This document shows, one piece after another, positions 9,650 through 19,613 of a DNA stretch of 64,000 nt; position 1 is the first letter of the stretch, and each line of letters starts with the position of its first letter. A program made the position numbers and the translations under genes. Location: contig CAYLUN010000020.1 of NCBI GenBank assembly GCA_964386865.1, forward strand, positions 11,460 through 75,459, given 5' to 3'. The DNA is from an uncultured Lentisphaeraceae bacterium. Lineage in GTDB: Bacteria > Verrucomicrobiota > Kiritimatiellia > RFP12 > UBA1067. The notes beneath the pieces were generated by a model, which saw only the letters and a program-made list of their open reading frames with translations, had not been told where the DNA came from and did no database searches.

Positions 9650-9870
9650 TTGTGCCCGCGCGACCATTTGACCGCCTTGCTTACATCCGCTTCGACAATG
9701 CCCAATGACTCGAGCTTCTCCCGCACTTCGTCGAGCGAATTGATACGGACAGGCTCCAGCACGATCCGGTCATACTCCGACTTCACGGAGAAATATTCGA
9801 CGCCTGGAAACTGCCGCACAATGCTCTTCGGCAGGGTCAACTGGTTCTTAACGGTCATTTTCGCTAACAT
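9646..9870 (-). CDS. AbrB/SpoVT-type antitoxin (VapB/MazE-like)
   Basis: The 74-aa protein (MLAKMTVKNQLTLPKSIVRQF...) has the swapped-hairpin AbrB fold signature. The RBS 'aggaaa' lies upstream of the ATG at 9870. The longer ORF start at 9936 is rejected. Confidence 0.75.
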   Translation of the reverse strand: MLAKMTVKNQLTLPKSIVRQFPGVEYFSVKSEYDRIVLEPVRINSLDEVREKLESLGIVEADVSKAVKWSRGHK

Positions 9871-9891
9871 GGCGTTTCCTTCTTTCCTTAC

Positions 9892-9920
9892 ATTCTTACA
9901 AACCGCTTCATGGCCGTCAA
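9892..9920 (-). promoter_or_regulatory. putative promoter of the toxin-antitoxin operon
   Basis: On the minus strand there is a -35 TTGACG (complement of 9915-9920), a 17-nt spacer and a -10 AAGAAT (complement of 9892-9897), about 20 nt upstream of the antitoxin ATG. Confidence 0.25.
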
Positions 9921-9937
9921 GCGCGCAGCAATTCAAA

Positions 9938-10540
9938 TTATTGTGTAGTGTCCGCCAGCTCCTGAATCAGGCGCTCGACGCGCTTGGCGTCGCGGACGTT
10001 CATGAAGCCCATGTCCATGCTGCGGCGGTCGTTGTCCGAGTCCGTCCAGACGCGCTGGCCGAGGATGACGTCGCCGACCCCGTTGCGCCGCTCCTTGCGG
10101 TAGACGTTTTTGAGCTGGTCGGGGCGGAAGCTCCGCACGGTCGTGGTCCAGCCGCCCTCGAAGGCGATGGCCCGCCGGTTCGTGATCGCGTAGACGGTCT
10201 TCAGCGCCTTGCGGTAGGCCCAGAGCGGCGACGACAGCATGCCGAAGCCGATCAGCACGAACGGGACGCCGAAAAGCGGGAAGAAGGCGAAGCCGCCCTC
10301 GCTGAAGTTGGGCATCTTGAAGCCCGACGCCCCGAACATCCAGAAGACCGCGAACGCGGTCCACGGAATCGCGAACAGCACCGCGCCGATCGTCGCGGGG
10401 GCAAACAGGCGCGGAATCGGCTGCTCCATCCAGCGGATCGATTCTCCCGCCTCCAGCTCGCGCCGCACCCGCTCCTCCATACCGCCTGGCATCGCCGGCT
10501 GCCCGCCCATCCCCATTACCCCATCATCGGTGTTGAACAC
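9938..10540 (-). CDS. hypothetical membrane protein (bacterial PH/YdbS-like topology)
   Basis: The 200-aa ORF has two hydrophobic helices (IGAVLFAIPWTAFAVFWMF and FAFFPLFGVPFVLIGFGML) followed by a soluble tail. It begins with GTG at 10540. Alternative ATG starts exist at 10516 and 10510. Confidence 0.6.
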   Translation of the reverse strand: MFNTDDGVMGMGGQPAMPGGMEERVRRELEAGESIRWMEQPIPRLFAPATIGAVLFAIPWTAFAVFWMFGASGFKMPNFSEGGFAFFPLFGVPFVLIGFGMLSSPLWAYRKALKTVYAITNRRAIAFEGGWTTTVRSFRPDQLKNVYRKERRNGVGDVILGQRVWTDSDNDRRSMDMGFMNVRDAKRVERLIQELADTTQ

Positions 10541-11507
10541 GCTTCCCTCCCTTCAGAAAACTCGTAACCTCCCGCCGCCACTCATCCGGATAGCGCGACG
10601 CCAGCGACTCGTGACCCGCGTCCTGAAACACTCTGAACGCCTTCGGCTCGGGGGCCGCCTCAAAGACCCGCCGTGCCTCGGCGACGCTCACGCGGGTGTC
10701 GTCGCTCCCGTGCAGGAACAGCGCAGGGCATCTCAGCGCCATCGCGTACTCCGCCGGGTTGTGCGTGAAGCCGTTGAACCCGGCCTGCACGCCGCCCCAA
10801 AACACAAGCAGCTCCGCGCTCGGGAACGACGGCACGCCCATGGCCTTGAACCGGTTGCGCACCGTGTTGAGCAGCGTATCAAAGGCCGCCTCCAGAATCA
10901 CCGCGTCCGGCGCCACCGCACCGTCCCTAACCGCGCGGAGGATGGCCACCGCCCCCATCGACTGCCCATACAGCACCAGCGAGGCGTGCGGCAGCCGCTC
11001 CTTTGCGTAGCTGACGGCGGCCGCCACGTCGCCCGCCTCGCGCACGCCGATCGTCGTGTCGCTTCCCGCCGAGCCGCCCGACCCCTGGAAGTCCACCAGC
11101 AGAACCGACGCGCCCATCAGCAAGAAGGCCTTGGCCTCCGGAACCAGAAACGTCTTCTCCTTGGCATACCCGTGAAGCACCACGACCAGCGGCGCATCCT
11201 TCCCTCGGCCGCAGTACCATGCGGAGAGCGTCACGCCGCCCCCCCTGTCAATGGTCAGCGCCCCGCAGGCCGGATCGAGGTCGGCTGGAACCTTGTCGCC
11301 CATCGGGCGCGCCACACGCACGCCACGCAGCAGCACCTCCAGTTTGCCTGCGGGCTTCAGCCGTTCGGGCTTATCCGTGGGCGCGCCCACCACCTCGAAA
11401 TGCGTCATCGCATAGGCATGGTTGTACGCGAGCACGTTGAGCAGGACGGCGTTCACGGCCACACCGGCCGCCACCACCCACAGACCGACCCTGATCTTGC
11501 GCTTCAC
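10524..11507 (-). CDS. alpha/beta-hydrolase with an N-terminal membrane anchor
   Basis: The nucleophile elbow GQSMG is present, with VVVLHGY and HGSDD motifs. The GTG start at 11507 gives the anchor MKRKIRVGLWVVAAGVAVNAV. The alternative ATG at 11603 would overlap the upstream gene. Confidence 0.7.
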   Translation of the reverse strand: MKRKIRVGLWVVAAGVAVNAVLLNVLAYNHAYAMTHFEVVGAPTDKPERLKPAGKLEVLLRGVRVARPMGDKVPADLDPACGALTIDRGGGVTLSAWYCGRGKDAPLVVVLHGYAKEKTFLVPEAKAFLLMGASVLLVDFQGSGGSAGSDTTIGVREAGDVAAAVSYAKERLPHASLVLYGQSMGAVAILRAVRDGAVAPDAVILEAAFDTLLNTVRNRFKAMGVPSFPSAELLVFWGGVQAGFNGFTHNPAEYAMALRCPALFLHGSDDTRVSVAEARRVFEAAPEPKAFRVFQDAGHESLASRYPDEWRREVTSFLKGGKRVQHR

Positions 11508-11595
11508 GGATGCCCCCGCCTTTCTACCGCACCATCTTACCCGACAGACCCAAGGTGCGTCAACGACCGCTCCCGGCTCGCCGTGAGTCGGCGTG

Positions 11596-11916
11596 CTAGG
11601 CACGCTTTGACCAAGCGTTTAGCCAGCAGACAGCGAATGGCAGCCCCGAGACGAACACCGACAGAAGCAGCGCTTTGAGGCTCGGGGACCACTCGCAATC
11701 CGTACTTCCATAACACACGCACGCAGCGAAAAGCTGGCTGAAGAATAGCCAGCCGGCTCGCTGCGGGCGGTTGCCGTCTTCGTAGAGGATCGCGTAGAAG
11801 CAGTAGACTTGAAACAGCGCGATGGGTATCCCCGCAATCCGCAGAAACGACATCGGCACGCCCAGTAACAACACAAAGACTGCGGTTTCGATTATCCCGC
11901 CCCAATCGACTGGCAT
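11596..11916 (-). CDS. small integral membrane protein (DoxX-like), hypothetical
   Basis: The 106-aa ORF is hydrophobic throughout and has three predicted TM helices. No family motif is recognised. Confidence 0.5.
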   Translation of the reverse strand: MPVDWGGIIETAVFVLLLGVPMSFLRIAGIPIALFQVYCFYAILYEDGNRPQRAGWLFFSQLFAACVCYGSTDCEWSPSLKALLLSVFVSGLPFAVCWLNAWSKRA

Positions 11917-11922
11917 GAACCT

Positions 11923-14093
11923 CTATTTCTGCGGCCCGTCGAGTAGCAGGTCATGCGCCTTCTTGACCCCCTGACGGCCTGCCGCCTGCGCGGGCTGGGC
12001 CTTCACGCCCATGTGCGCGAAGAGGCGCGTCCAGAAAGCGCGGCGGGCGGGCGTATCCACGGTGGTGTCGATTGTGCAGACCGCCACCGTGCCCGCGCCG
12101 ACCTTGCGGGCGACCAGCGCGGCGCCCGAGGGCTTGATGAGTTTTTCGTAACAGCAAATCGACCCCATCTTCTCCTCTTCCGACTTGCGGTTGAAGAGCG
12201 ACCAGTCGGTGCGGCTCGCGGTCAGCACCACCGTCCCGCCCGCCGCGAACGGCCCGGCTAGCCCGCAGCGCATGATGCGGCGGTTGGCGGCCGGATCCTC
12301 TTCGGCGAAATAGAGGCTTGGGGATCGGACACCAGCACCAGCACCGTTCCGCCTGCGGCCAACGACGCGTCCGCCCGCGCCTTCGCGTCGGCGGGCAGCG
12401 CCCCGCCGTCCAGCACGAGGAAGCGGCCGTATGCGCCATCGGCGCGCACGCCCCACGCGACAAGCCGCTCTTTCAGCCCCGCGCCGCCCGCGTACGCGAC
12501 CGCATCTAGCGGGGGCGCGGCCGGCTGTGGCCTTGCGGGCGACGGCAGGTACCGATCCCACGCGCACGGCTGCGGCCCGCGCGGATCTTGCGCGGCCCGC
12601 TGCGCCTCGAACAGCGCTAGCGGCTTGTAGAGCGGCAGCGACGCGTCCCAGCCGGGGTTCAGCGTCGCCACGAACGGCGGCAGACGCTCGATCTGCATGC
12701 CGAACTTGCCTTCGCCCGACACGCCCTCGAAGAAGACGCCGTCCTGCCGCGTCGGCAAGCGCGTGAAATCTGTGTAGCCGAGCGGCAGGTGCTCCAGCCC
12801 GAACCAGATCGTCTCGCTGGCGGAGAAGTACGCGAGTCCGCCCGGCCGAACCATCTTCGCGACGTTCTGGCAGATGTCCACCGCCAGCGCGTCGTTGCGG
12901 CCGGCGTAGTCGAGGTAGGCCCGTTCGCCCGCGAAGCCAGCCAGGTCGGCTGGCCGCGCGTAGTAGGTGCCGCCGCTCTCGCCCACCATAATCGGCTTGT
13001 CGAGGCCCTTCGTGTGCTCCGCCAGCGGCGGCAGGTTATGGCCGTAGTGCTTGCTCCACACCGTCAGCGCGCCGAAGAGGTCTTCGTCGCCGTCGCACGA
13101 GATCCACGGCCGTGTGGGGTCGTGCTGCCGGCCGTCGAGGCCGGTGCGAGTCAGCTGGTCGTACCAGCGCCGCTCGTCCTCTTTGCTCACCTCGGTCAGG
13201 CGGAAGACCGCGAACATCTCGTTGCCGAAGCTCCAGCCGAACACCGAGGGGCTGTTGCGGTCGCGCACGATCAGCCCCTTGAAGTGATCCGCATAGCGCG
13301 TCCAGAACGCCGGCTCGGCAAAGTTGGAGCGGATCGAGCTGCCGAAGATCGCCGTCTCGTCGAGCACGCAGACGCCCATCTCATCGGCCAGCTCGACGTA
13401 GCAGCGCGGGTAGACTTGGGCGTGCGGCCGCACCGCGTTGCCGTGCATCTCCTTGATCATCGTGTACCACGCCCACACGAAGCGGCGCGACCACATGTAG
13501 GCGCCGAACGGGTGGCAGATGTCGCCGCTCAGCTGAATCTTCTTGCCGTTCAGCAGCAAGTCGCGGCCCTGGATGGTAAACTGCCGCCAGCCGAAGCGCT
13601 GATACTTGGCGTCGACGGTCTGACCGTCCGCCTTGGCGTTCAGGATCAGCGCATAGAGGTTCGGCGCGTCAGGGCTCCACGCCTTGAGCCGCCCGGCGGG
13701 CCTGACCGTCAGCCTGCACACGGCGGTGCCGCGTGCGGGCACCTGCACCGAGACTGCCGCGAGGCTCAGCGCGTGCTCGCCCAACCGCCACTTCGGCTCG
13801 GGCGCGTCGAGCGGCGCGGCGCCGGCCTCGTTGACCCAGACGAACGCATCAGCCGAGAGCTCCACGGCGCTGTCGCTGCCGGTGTCGTTGCGCACCGTGA
13901 CCTCGGCCTCCAGCGCGTCGCGGTCGAGCCACGGCTTCACGAACACATCCGCCACGCGCACGGCGGGCAGCGCCACGAGCGACACGTCCTGCCAGATGCC
14001 GGCGAGGCGGTCGGTGTTGGAGCCGTTCGGGTACGGTGCGATCATCTTGGCGTAGCGCGGGTGGCGCGTGTCGAAAAGCCGGTAGCTCCGCAC
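11923..14093 (-). pseudogene. GH2-family glycoside hydrolase (LacZ-like), degraded: N-terminal sugar-binding domain largely deleted plus a frameshift near 12320
   Basis: The GH2 blocks are present: GIWQDVSL (end of the sugar-binding domain), NAVRPHAQVYP, GWSFGNEM (acid/base) and PIMVGESGG (nucleophile region). The body begins directly at the last strand of domain 1. A lipoprotein-type signal (VRKLFRRVLLGVVLELPACG) sits at 14042-14146 in a different frame. The C-terminal ~115 aa continues in another frame after a G4 run at 12320-12323 (ORF 11923..12567). Confidence 0.6.
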
Positions 14094-14228
14094 GCCGGCA
14101 GCTCGAGCACGACACCTAGCAGAACCCGCCGAAACAGCTTTCTCACCGACACTCCCTCGCTAACAGTCGAGACGCACCGTCGCACTGTGGCAGGGACGCC
14201 GATCCGCCGGCGTCCGCGGACGGCACCC

Positions 14229-15065
14229 TCACGCCCGCGCCAGCTCGAGCACGGCGATCTCGGGGAAGCAGTTGAACCGGACCGGGTAGACGGCCCAGCC
14301 GATGCCGCGCGAGATGAAAACGCCCGCGCCGCGCCGCGACCGCTTGAATCCGGACGAGTAGTTCTTGTTCTCGACCGGCAGGATCGGCGGCCCGATGAGC
14401 GGCACGCTCACCTGCCCGCCGTGCGTATGCCCCGAGATCATCAGATCCACGCGCGACGCGAACGGGGTATCCGCGGTGTCGGGATTGTGCGCCAAAACGA
14501 TGCGGCACGCCGACTCCGGCACGGAGGAGAGCACCGGATCCAGCGGCGCGTGGTCTTCCCACAGGTCGCCCGCCCCGGCCAGCCAGAGCGACGCGCCGTC
14601 CCGCTCAATGCGGACCGCGCGGTGGCGCACGTCCTGGCCGCTCGCCTTCAGCCAGTGCAGCGACCGCTCCGTGTCGGCCCAGTGGTCGTGGTTGCCGAGC
14701 ACCGAGTAGACGCCGCCGGGCGCGTTCAGCCCGCCGACCACGGGCCATACCGCGTCGATTTCCTGCGCCGTGTTCCGCGCGTGAACGAAGTCGCCGGTGC
14801 AGACGGTGATGTCGCGCGGAATGCGGTTGGCGCGGGCGACGAGCCGCGTGATCCACTCGAGCGGCATGAGGGCCCCGTAGTGGATATCCGTCAGGTGCAC
14901 GATGCGAAAGCCTTCGAACGCGGGCGGCAGGTTCGGCACGGGGATCCGATATCGGTTCGTCTGCACCGCATACCGCTCGACGAACACCGAATACGCCCCT
15001 GCAGTTCCCGCCAGCCCCGCGAGTCCGGCCATCGTCAGAAGCCGCCTTCTGGTCAAGAGTGCCAT
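14229..15065 (-). CDS. Tat-signal metallophosphoesterase (calcineurin-like phosphoesterase)
   Basis: It has the Tat motif LTRRRLLTMAGLAG and the metallophosphoesterase motifs GDFVH, GNHD and GHTHGGQ. The start is the ATG at 15065. Confidence 0.8.
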   Translation of the reverse strand: MALLTRRRLLTMAGLAGLAGTAGAYSVFVERYAVQTNRYRIPVPNLPPAFEGFRIVHLTDIHYGALMPLEWITRLVARANRIPRDITVCTGDFVHARNTAQEIDAVWPVVGGLNAPGGVYSVLGNHDHWADTERSLHWLKASGQDVRHRAVRIERDGASLWLAGAGDLWEDHAPLDPVLSSVPESACRIVLAHNPDTADTPFASRVDLMISGHTHGGQVSVPLIGPPILPVENKNYSSGFKRSRRGAGVFISRGIGWAVYPVRFNCFPEIAVLELARA

Positions 15066-15126
15066 GCCGATCAGTGTACCCCACGTCCGCGGCCGCAACA
15101 ACCGCAAATGCCGCACACGAAATGAA

Positions 15127-15154
15127 AGGGGCGGGCCCGACACGGGCCCGCCCC
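15127..15154 (-). terminator. rho-independent terminator of tpiA
   Basis: A GC hairpin GGGGCGGGCCC-gacac-GGGCCCGCCCC is followed on the minus strand by UUUCAUUUC, immediately downstream of the tpiA stop. Confidence 0.5.
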
Positions 15155-15166
15155 CAGCGCGTGTGC

Positions 15167-15194
15167 TATAGCCTACAGCCTATAGCCTACAGCC
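15167..15194. repeat. 14-bp tandem direct repeat (tatagcctacagcc x2)
   Basis: The two copies are exact and adjacent. They lie in the tpiA 3' intergenic region. Confidence 0.5.
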
Positions 15195-15200
15195 CGCCTC

Positions 15201-15953
15201 TCACTCGCCGGCTTTGACGATCGCCGCGAACGAGTCGGCCTTGAGCGCCGCGCCGCCGATCAGGCCGCCGTCGATGTCCGGCTGGCTCATCAGCTCCTTG
15301 GCGTTCTCGGGCTTCATGCTGCCGCCGTATTGGATGCGGATCGTGCTCGCGGTGTCGCCGCACGAAATCTCCGCCAGCGTGCGGCGGATCAGCGCGTGAA
15401 CCTCCTGCGCCTGCGCCGGCGAGGCCGTGCGGCCGGTGCCGATCGCCCACACGGGCTCATACGCGACCACGACCTTCTTCAGATCCGCGCCGAGGTCGGC
15501 CAAGCCGGCCTTGGTCTGGCGCACCACGACGGCCTCCATCTGGCCCCCGTCGCGCTCCGCGAGCGTCTCGCCCACGCAGACGATCGGAATCAGGCCCGCT
15601 GCCAGCGCGGCCTTGGTGCGCTTGTTGACGGTCTCGTCGGTCTCGCCGAAGTACTGGCGGCGTTCGCTGTGGCCGATGATCGCATACGTGACGCCCAGAT
15701 CCTTGAGCATGGCGGCCGAGATCTCGCCCGTGAAGGCGCCCGACGCCTCCCAGTGCACGTTCTGCGCGCCCAGCATGACGTTCGAGCCCGCGCAAGCGGC
15801 GGCGGCTTCCTTGAGGTCCGTGAAGGGCGGGCAGACCACGACCTCGACATTCTTGACGCCCGCCACTTCCTTCTTGATCCCCTCGACCAGCGCGGCGGCC
15901 TCCGAGGCCGTCTTGTTCATCTTCCAGTTACCGGCAACGATTTTCGTACGCAT
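15201..15953 (-). CDS. tpiA: triosephosphate isomerase
   Basis: The 250-aa protein has [20 protein letters not shown] and GGSMKP, the canonical TIM signatures. Confidence 0.95.
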   Translation of the reverse strand: MRTKIVAGNWKMNKTASEAAALVEGIKKEVAGVKNVEVVVCPPFTDLKEAAAACAGSNVMLGAQNVHWEASGAFTGEISAAMLKDLGVTYAIIGHSERRQYFGETDETVNKRTKAALAAGLIPIVCVGETLAERDGGQMEAVVVRQTKAGLADLGADLKKVVVAYEPVWAIGTGRTASPAQAQEVHALIRRTLAEISCGDTASTIRIQYGGSMKPENAKELMSQPDIDGGLIGGAALKADSFAAIVKAGE

Positions 15954-16179
15954 CCGACAGTCTCCTTACGGGTTCAGAAAAAGAGGCCGTATTATGACCG
16001 CTCCCCGGCCGTTATGCAAGCCCGACAGAAAAAACGGCTGAAATCGAGGGCCTGCTAAACGGGCCGCGCCGGGGCTAGGGCTGATATCAGCGGACGCTTG
16101 CTCGGCACATCGGGCTTTGGTACGCTTACCGCCAGTAATTCGGGGACGTTTTCTGTCCCGTTCCCCGCTGGAGGTGTTT

Positions 16180-16920
16180 ATGCGTCTGCGATCATTCCTG
16201 TGCGCCTGTCTGCTGCTGACCCTCGCGACTCCGCAGGCGGAGGCACAGACGCCCCCGGCCAAGAAAGCGAACGTTCTCGTCATCACGGGCGGGCACGGGT
16301 TCGAGCGCGAGCCGTTCTTCAAAGTCTTCTCGGACAACCCGGACATCACCTTTACCGCAGCCGAGCACGCGAAGGGCAGCGCCACCGCATGGGAGCGCGA
16401 CGACCTGACGAATTTCAACGCGGTCGTGCTCTACGATATGGCGGCGACCATCACCGACGCGCAGAAGGCGAAGCTCCTCTCGCTCTTCTCGCGCGGCACC
16501 GGGCTCGTCGTGCTCCACCACGCGCTCTGCTCCTACCAGAACTGGCCCGAGTTCGAGCGCCTGATCGGCGGCCGCTATCAGCCGCCGCCGAAAGGCCAGC
16601 CGCAGGTGACCGACAAAATCGGCTACCAGCACGACGTGGACTTCGCGGTGACGGTCGCGGACAAGTCGCACGCGATCACGGCCGGCCTCGGCGACTTCAC
16701 GATCCACGACGAGATCTATTGGGGCTACCGAGTCGGAGCTGACGTGCACCCGCTGCTTATGACCGCCCACACCAAGTCCGGCAACCCGCTGATGTGGACG
16801 CGCACCGAAGGCCAGTCCCACGTGGTCTTCCTCCAGCTCGGCCACGACCACCTCGCCTACGAGAACCCGGCCTTCCGCCAGCTCGTCAGCCGCAGCATCG
16901 CCTGGGCGGCATCGCGCTAA
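16180..16920 (+). CDS. secreted ThuA-like (class-I glutamine-amidotransferase-like fold) protein
   Basis: The signal peptide is MRLRSFLCACLLLTLATPQAEA, after the RBS 'ggaggtg'. VLVITGGHGFEREPF and HDHLAYENPAFRQL resemble the ThuA family. Confidence 0.7.
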   Translation: MRLRSFLCACLLLTLATPQAEAQTPPAKKANVLVITGGHGFEREPFFKVFSDNPDITFTAAEHAKGSATAWERDDLTNFNAVVLYDMAATITDAQKAKLLSLFSRGTGLVVLHHALCSYQNWPEFERLIGGRYQPPPKGQPQVTDKIGYQHDVDFAVTVADKSHAITAGLGDFTIHDEIYWGYRVGADVHPLLMTAHTKSGNPLMWTRTEGQSHVVFLQLGHDHLAYENPAFRQLVSRSIAWAASR

Positions 16921-17153
16921 GGTCGAGCCAGCCTAAGCGTCTGGCCCGCGTACTCGACGACGTCACCAGCCCGCAGCTTCTTGCGCTTGCGGGTCTCGGT
17001 CTCGCCGTTGACGCGGACGCGGCCTTCGGCGATGACGGACTTCGCCTCCCCGCCGCTCTGGGCCAGATTCTCGAACTTCAAGAGGTCGCACAGCTCGACG
17101 ACCTCCGTTTTGATGACCACGTCGCGCATGCGCAGAGACTTGTTGTTTGCCAT
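16917..17153 (-). CDS. S4-domain RNA-binding protein (YbcJ-like)
   Basis: The 78-aa protein (LCDLLKFENLAQSGGEAKSVIAEGRVRVNGE...GDVVEYAG) fits the small S4/ribosome-associated family. Confidence 0.7.
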   Translation of the reverse strand: MANNKSLRMRDVVIKTEVVELCDLLKFENLAQSGGEAKSVIAEGRVRVNGETETRKRKKLRAGDVVEYAGQTLRLARP

Positions 17154-17161
17154 AGGCACTC

Positions 17162-18073
17162 CTAGAAACCGAAGTCGAGCTGGCCGGAGACCACGACCTT
17201 GCGGCCGTCGGTGAGCGCGGGATCCGACGTGTCGTACACGCAGAACTTGATACCGGGAAACCTCCGCGACAACTCCTCTTGGATGTACCGCTCGACCGTG
17301 GCGACGTTACCGAGGTCGTCGTCGGAGAAGCCGACGCTGATCGGCCGCCTGATCGAGTCCGCCCCCGTGCGCGAGAGAATTCTGATCACGTGTTCGACAA
17401 AGTCGCGGATCGCGAACTGCTTGGCGTTCTCGGTTGTCGCCCGCTCGCCCTCCGTCCGCTTCAGCCACTGCTTGAAGCCTGGGTTCGTCACCGCGTGGTA
17501 GCGGTTGAGCGACAGGTAGTAGTCGATCTCCGCCTCGTCCGCGCGGAACTCAGTCAGCCCGTCAAAGCACGCCCGGTAGCCGCGCAGGTTGGCCATCATC
17601 TCGGCCTTTTCGGCCGGCGTCAGCACCAGGTCGAGAAACAGCCTGACGGCTTTCCTGAGCGAGTCCGACTCGTGGCCGCGGGCGGTGACGATCGCGAAGA
17701 GCCGCCCCTCGACCAGCGTCTCGCGCAGCGTGTGGAAACTCGGCCCCGGCTGCGTCTCCCCCGAAAGAACCTTCTCCAGCGCCGCGCGCGTGTCGCGCAG
17801 GAACCGGCTCTCGCTCTCGTCCGCGTAGTCCTGAAACTCCACGAACGCGTTCTCCCAGTCGCCGCCGGGCGCGCGGTAGTTCTCGCTGTCGGTCCGCACC
17901 ACCGCGAAGGCCGCCGTCGAGACGCTGTGCGGCGCCCACGTGCCGTCCGCCTGCCGCCGCTCCAGATGGATGCGCGTCGGCATGTGCAGGATGTTGTCGT
18001 CCCAGTCGAAGATGTAATACTTGAAGTCGCGCTCGGCGACGCGCAAGTTAACGTTTTGGGCATGACGGCTCAT
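17162..18073 (-). CDS. hypothetical protein with a HAD-like DxD motif
   Basis: The 303-aa ORF is protein-like. The N-terminal YYIFDWDDNILH resembles HAD motif I (hhhhDxDxxL). The remainder is unassigned. Confidence 0.55.
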   Translation of the reverse strand: MSRHAQNVNLRVAERDFKYYIFDWDDNILHMPTRIHLERRQADGTWAPHSVSTAAFAVVRTDSENYRAPGGDWENAFVEFQDYADESESRFLRDTRAALEKVLSGETQPGPSFHTLRETLVEGRLFAIVTARGHESDSLRKAVRLFLDLVLTPAEKAEMMANLRGYRACFDGLTEFRADEAEIDYYLSLNRYHAVTNPGFKQWLKRTEGERATTENAKQFAIRDFVEHVIRILSRTGADSIRRPISVGFSDDDLGNVATVERYIQEELSRRFPGIKFCVYDTSDPALTDGRKVVVSGQLDFGF

Positions 18074-18123
18074 CGCGAATTAAGGTATGATGCCCGCCGC
18101 CGAATGTCAACCCGTATCCCCCT

Positions 18124-18843
18124 ATGAGCCGAACCGTATTAGTCACCGGCGCCGCCGTGCGCCTAGGAAGCGCCATCGCCGAGGCCCTCGCCCGCGCCGG
18201 GTGGGACGTGGTCGTCCACGCCCACCGCTCCCTTGCGCCGGCCGACGCCCTGTGCGCGCGGCTGCGCGCGCTCGGCAGCCAGGCGTGGCGCGTGGCTGGC
18301 GACCTCCTCGCGCCAGGCGGCCCGGACGCCGTCTTCGACGACGCGCTCGGCGCCGCCGGCTCCCTCGATGCGCTGGTCAACAACGCCTCCGTCTTCGAAC
18401 GCCAGCCGCTCGCGACAGCCGCGCCCGGTGACTTCGAGCGCCTGTGGCGCATCAACGCCCTCGCGCCGATCCGGCTCACCCAGCGCCTCGCCGGCCACCT
18501 GTCGTCTCGCGGGGCGCGCGGCTGCGCGGTGAACCTGCTCGACCAGCGCATCGCGCAGGCCAGCGCCGGCGCGACGCCCTACGCGCTGTCCAAGAAGACG
18601 CTGGAATCCTTCACCCTTTCTGCCGCCCGCGAACTGGCCCCCACCCTGCGCGTCAACGCGGTCGCGCCCGGCGCCGTGCTGCCTCCCGAGGCGGCCGGCG
18701 CCCGCGAGGCAGCCGGCTCATTCCCGCTCGGCTCGCGGCCCACGGCCGGGCACGTCGCTGAGGCCGTCCGCTACCTGCTCGACGCCGAAGCGGTCACCGG
18801 GCAAATCCTCTTCGTGGACGGCGGCCAGCACCTCGCGTGCTGA
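18124..18843 (+). CDS. short-chain dehydrogenase/reductase (pteridine-reductase/FolM-like)
   Basis: It has the Rossmann motif TGAAVRLGSAIA, NNAS, and the catalytic YALSKKTL (YxxxK). Confidence 0.85.
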   Translation: MSRTVLVTGAAVRLGSAIAEALARAGWDVVVHAHRSLAPADALCARLRALGSQAWRVAGDLLAPGGPDAVFDDALGAAGSLDALVNNASVFERQPLATAAPGDFERLWRINALAPIRLTQRLAGHLSSRGARGCAVNLLDQRIAQASAGATPYALSKKTLESFTLSAARELAPTLRVNAVAPGAVLPPEAAGAREAAGSFPLGSRPTAGHVAEAVRYLLDAEAVTGQILFVDGGQHLAC

Positions 18844-18895
18844 GGCCGCGAACCCGCAACCTTTACCTGTAACACCCAATCCCAAAGGAACACGC

Positions 18896-19513
18896 ATGAG
18901 ACTGTCAGCCGCCTTCGCCCTCCTGTTCGCCACACTCGCCCTCTCGGGCTGCGCCACCTTCAGCCGCTCGTCCGGCGCTGCGCCGATCCCCTGCACCTAC
19001 CGCTTCAAAATGCTCTCGCGGCCCGAGGACCAGGCCCGCGTCGAGGCCGCCATCCACACGGTCGCGGTCGGCACCGTCTCGAAATCGGGCACCGTCTCGT
19101 TCCCGGAGTACCGCTTCCGCGTGGCGCGGCTTGCGGACCTCGACGCGCTGCACCCGCGCCTGCTCTATAGCAACCCGGGCGCGCCGCTTGCGGGCAGCCG
19201 CCAGCAGGCGCTGAACCTCAAGGCCGCCGGCGTGGACGTCACCTTCGACTCCACCGACGTCTCCGCGTCCGCGACCACGACGCTCACCTTTAACGTCAAG
19301 CCCGGCTCCCGCCTCTACTTCAAGCACCCCGGCGGCATCGAGGCCGACATCACGGCCAAAGTCGACAAGGCCGGCAAGGTCACGCTGCCCGCGACCATCA
19401 AGGAGGGGCAGAAGTATGTGTACGTCCGCGCGATGAAGGACAACGTGACCCGCTACATCCGCATCAACATCTTCACGAACGAAGTTCAGGACGTCACCAA
19501 ACGGGATTACTGA
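18896..19513 (+). CDS. lipoprotein, hypothetical
   Basis: The signal carries the lipobox LALSGC. Confidence 0.65.
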   Translation: MRLSAAFALLFATLALSGCATFSRSSGAAPIPCTYRFKMLSRPEDQARVEAAIHTVAVGTVSKSGTVSFPEYRFRVARLADLDALHPRLLYSNPGAPLAGSRQQALNLKAAGVDVTFDSTDVSASATTTLTFNVKPGSRLYFKHPGGIEADITAKVDKAGKVTLPATIKEGQKYVYVRAMKDNVTRYIRINIFTNEVQDVTKRDY

Positions 19514-19613
19514 GAGCCCTCATTTTTTCTAAACGAGGGCTTGCATCTTACCGCCTAATCCGCCATTATAGAACGCACTTTTTACCACAACGGAAAGACT
19601 CGGAGGATTTTTT

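Noticed and set aside
9927-9940. The 14-mer cagcaattcaaatt is repeated at 9927 and 48808.
   Set aside because: A single exact 14-bp match is expected by chance several times in 64 kb. No extended similarity surrounds either copy.
19520-19613. A possible terminator hairpin after the lipoprotein gene (gccctc…gagggc).
   Set aside because: The stem is only 6 bp and the loop is 13 nt, with no clear U-tract. The evidence is too weak to call.
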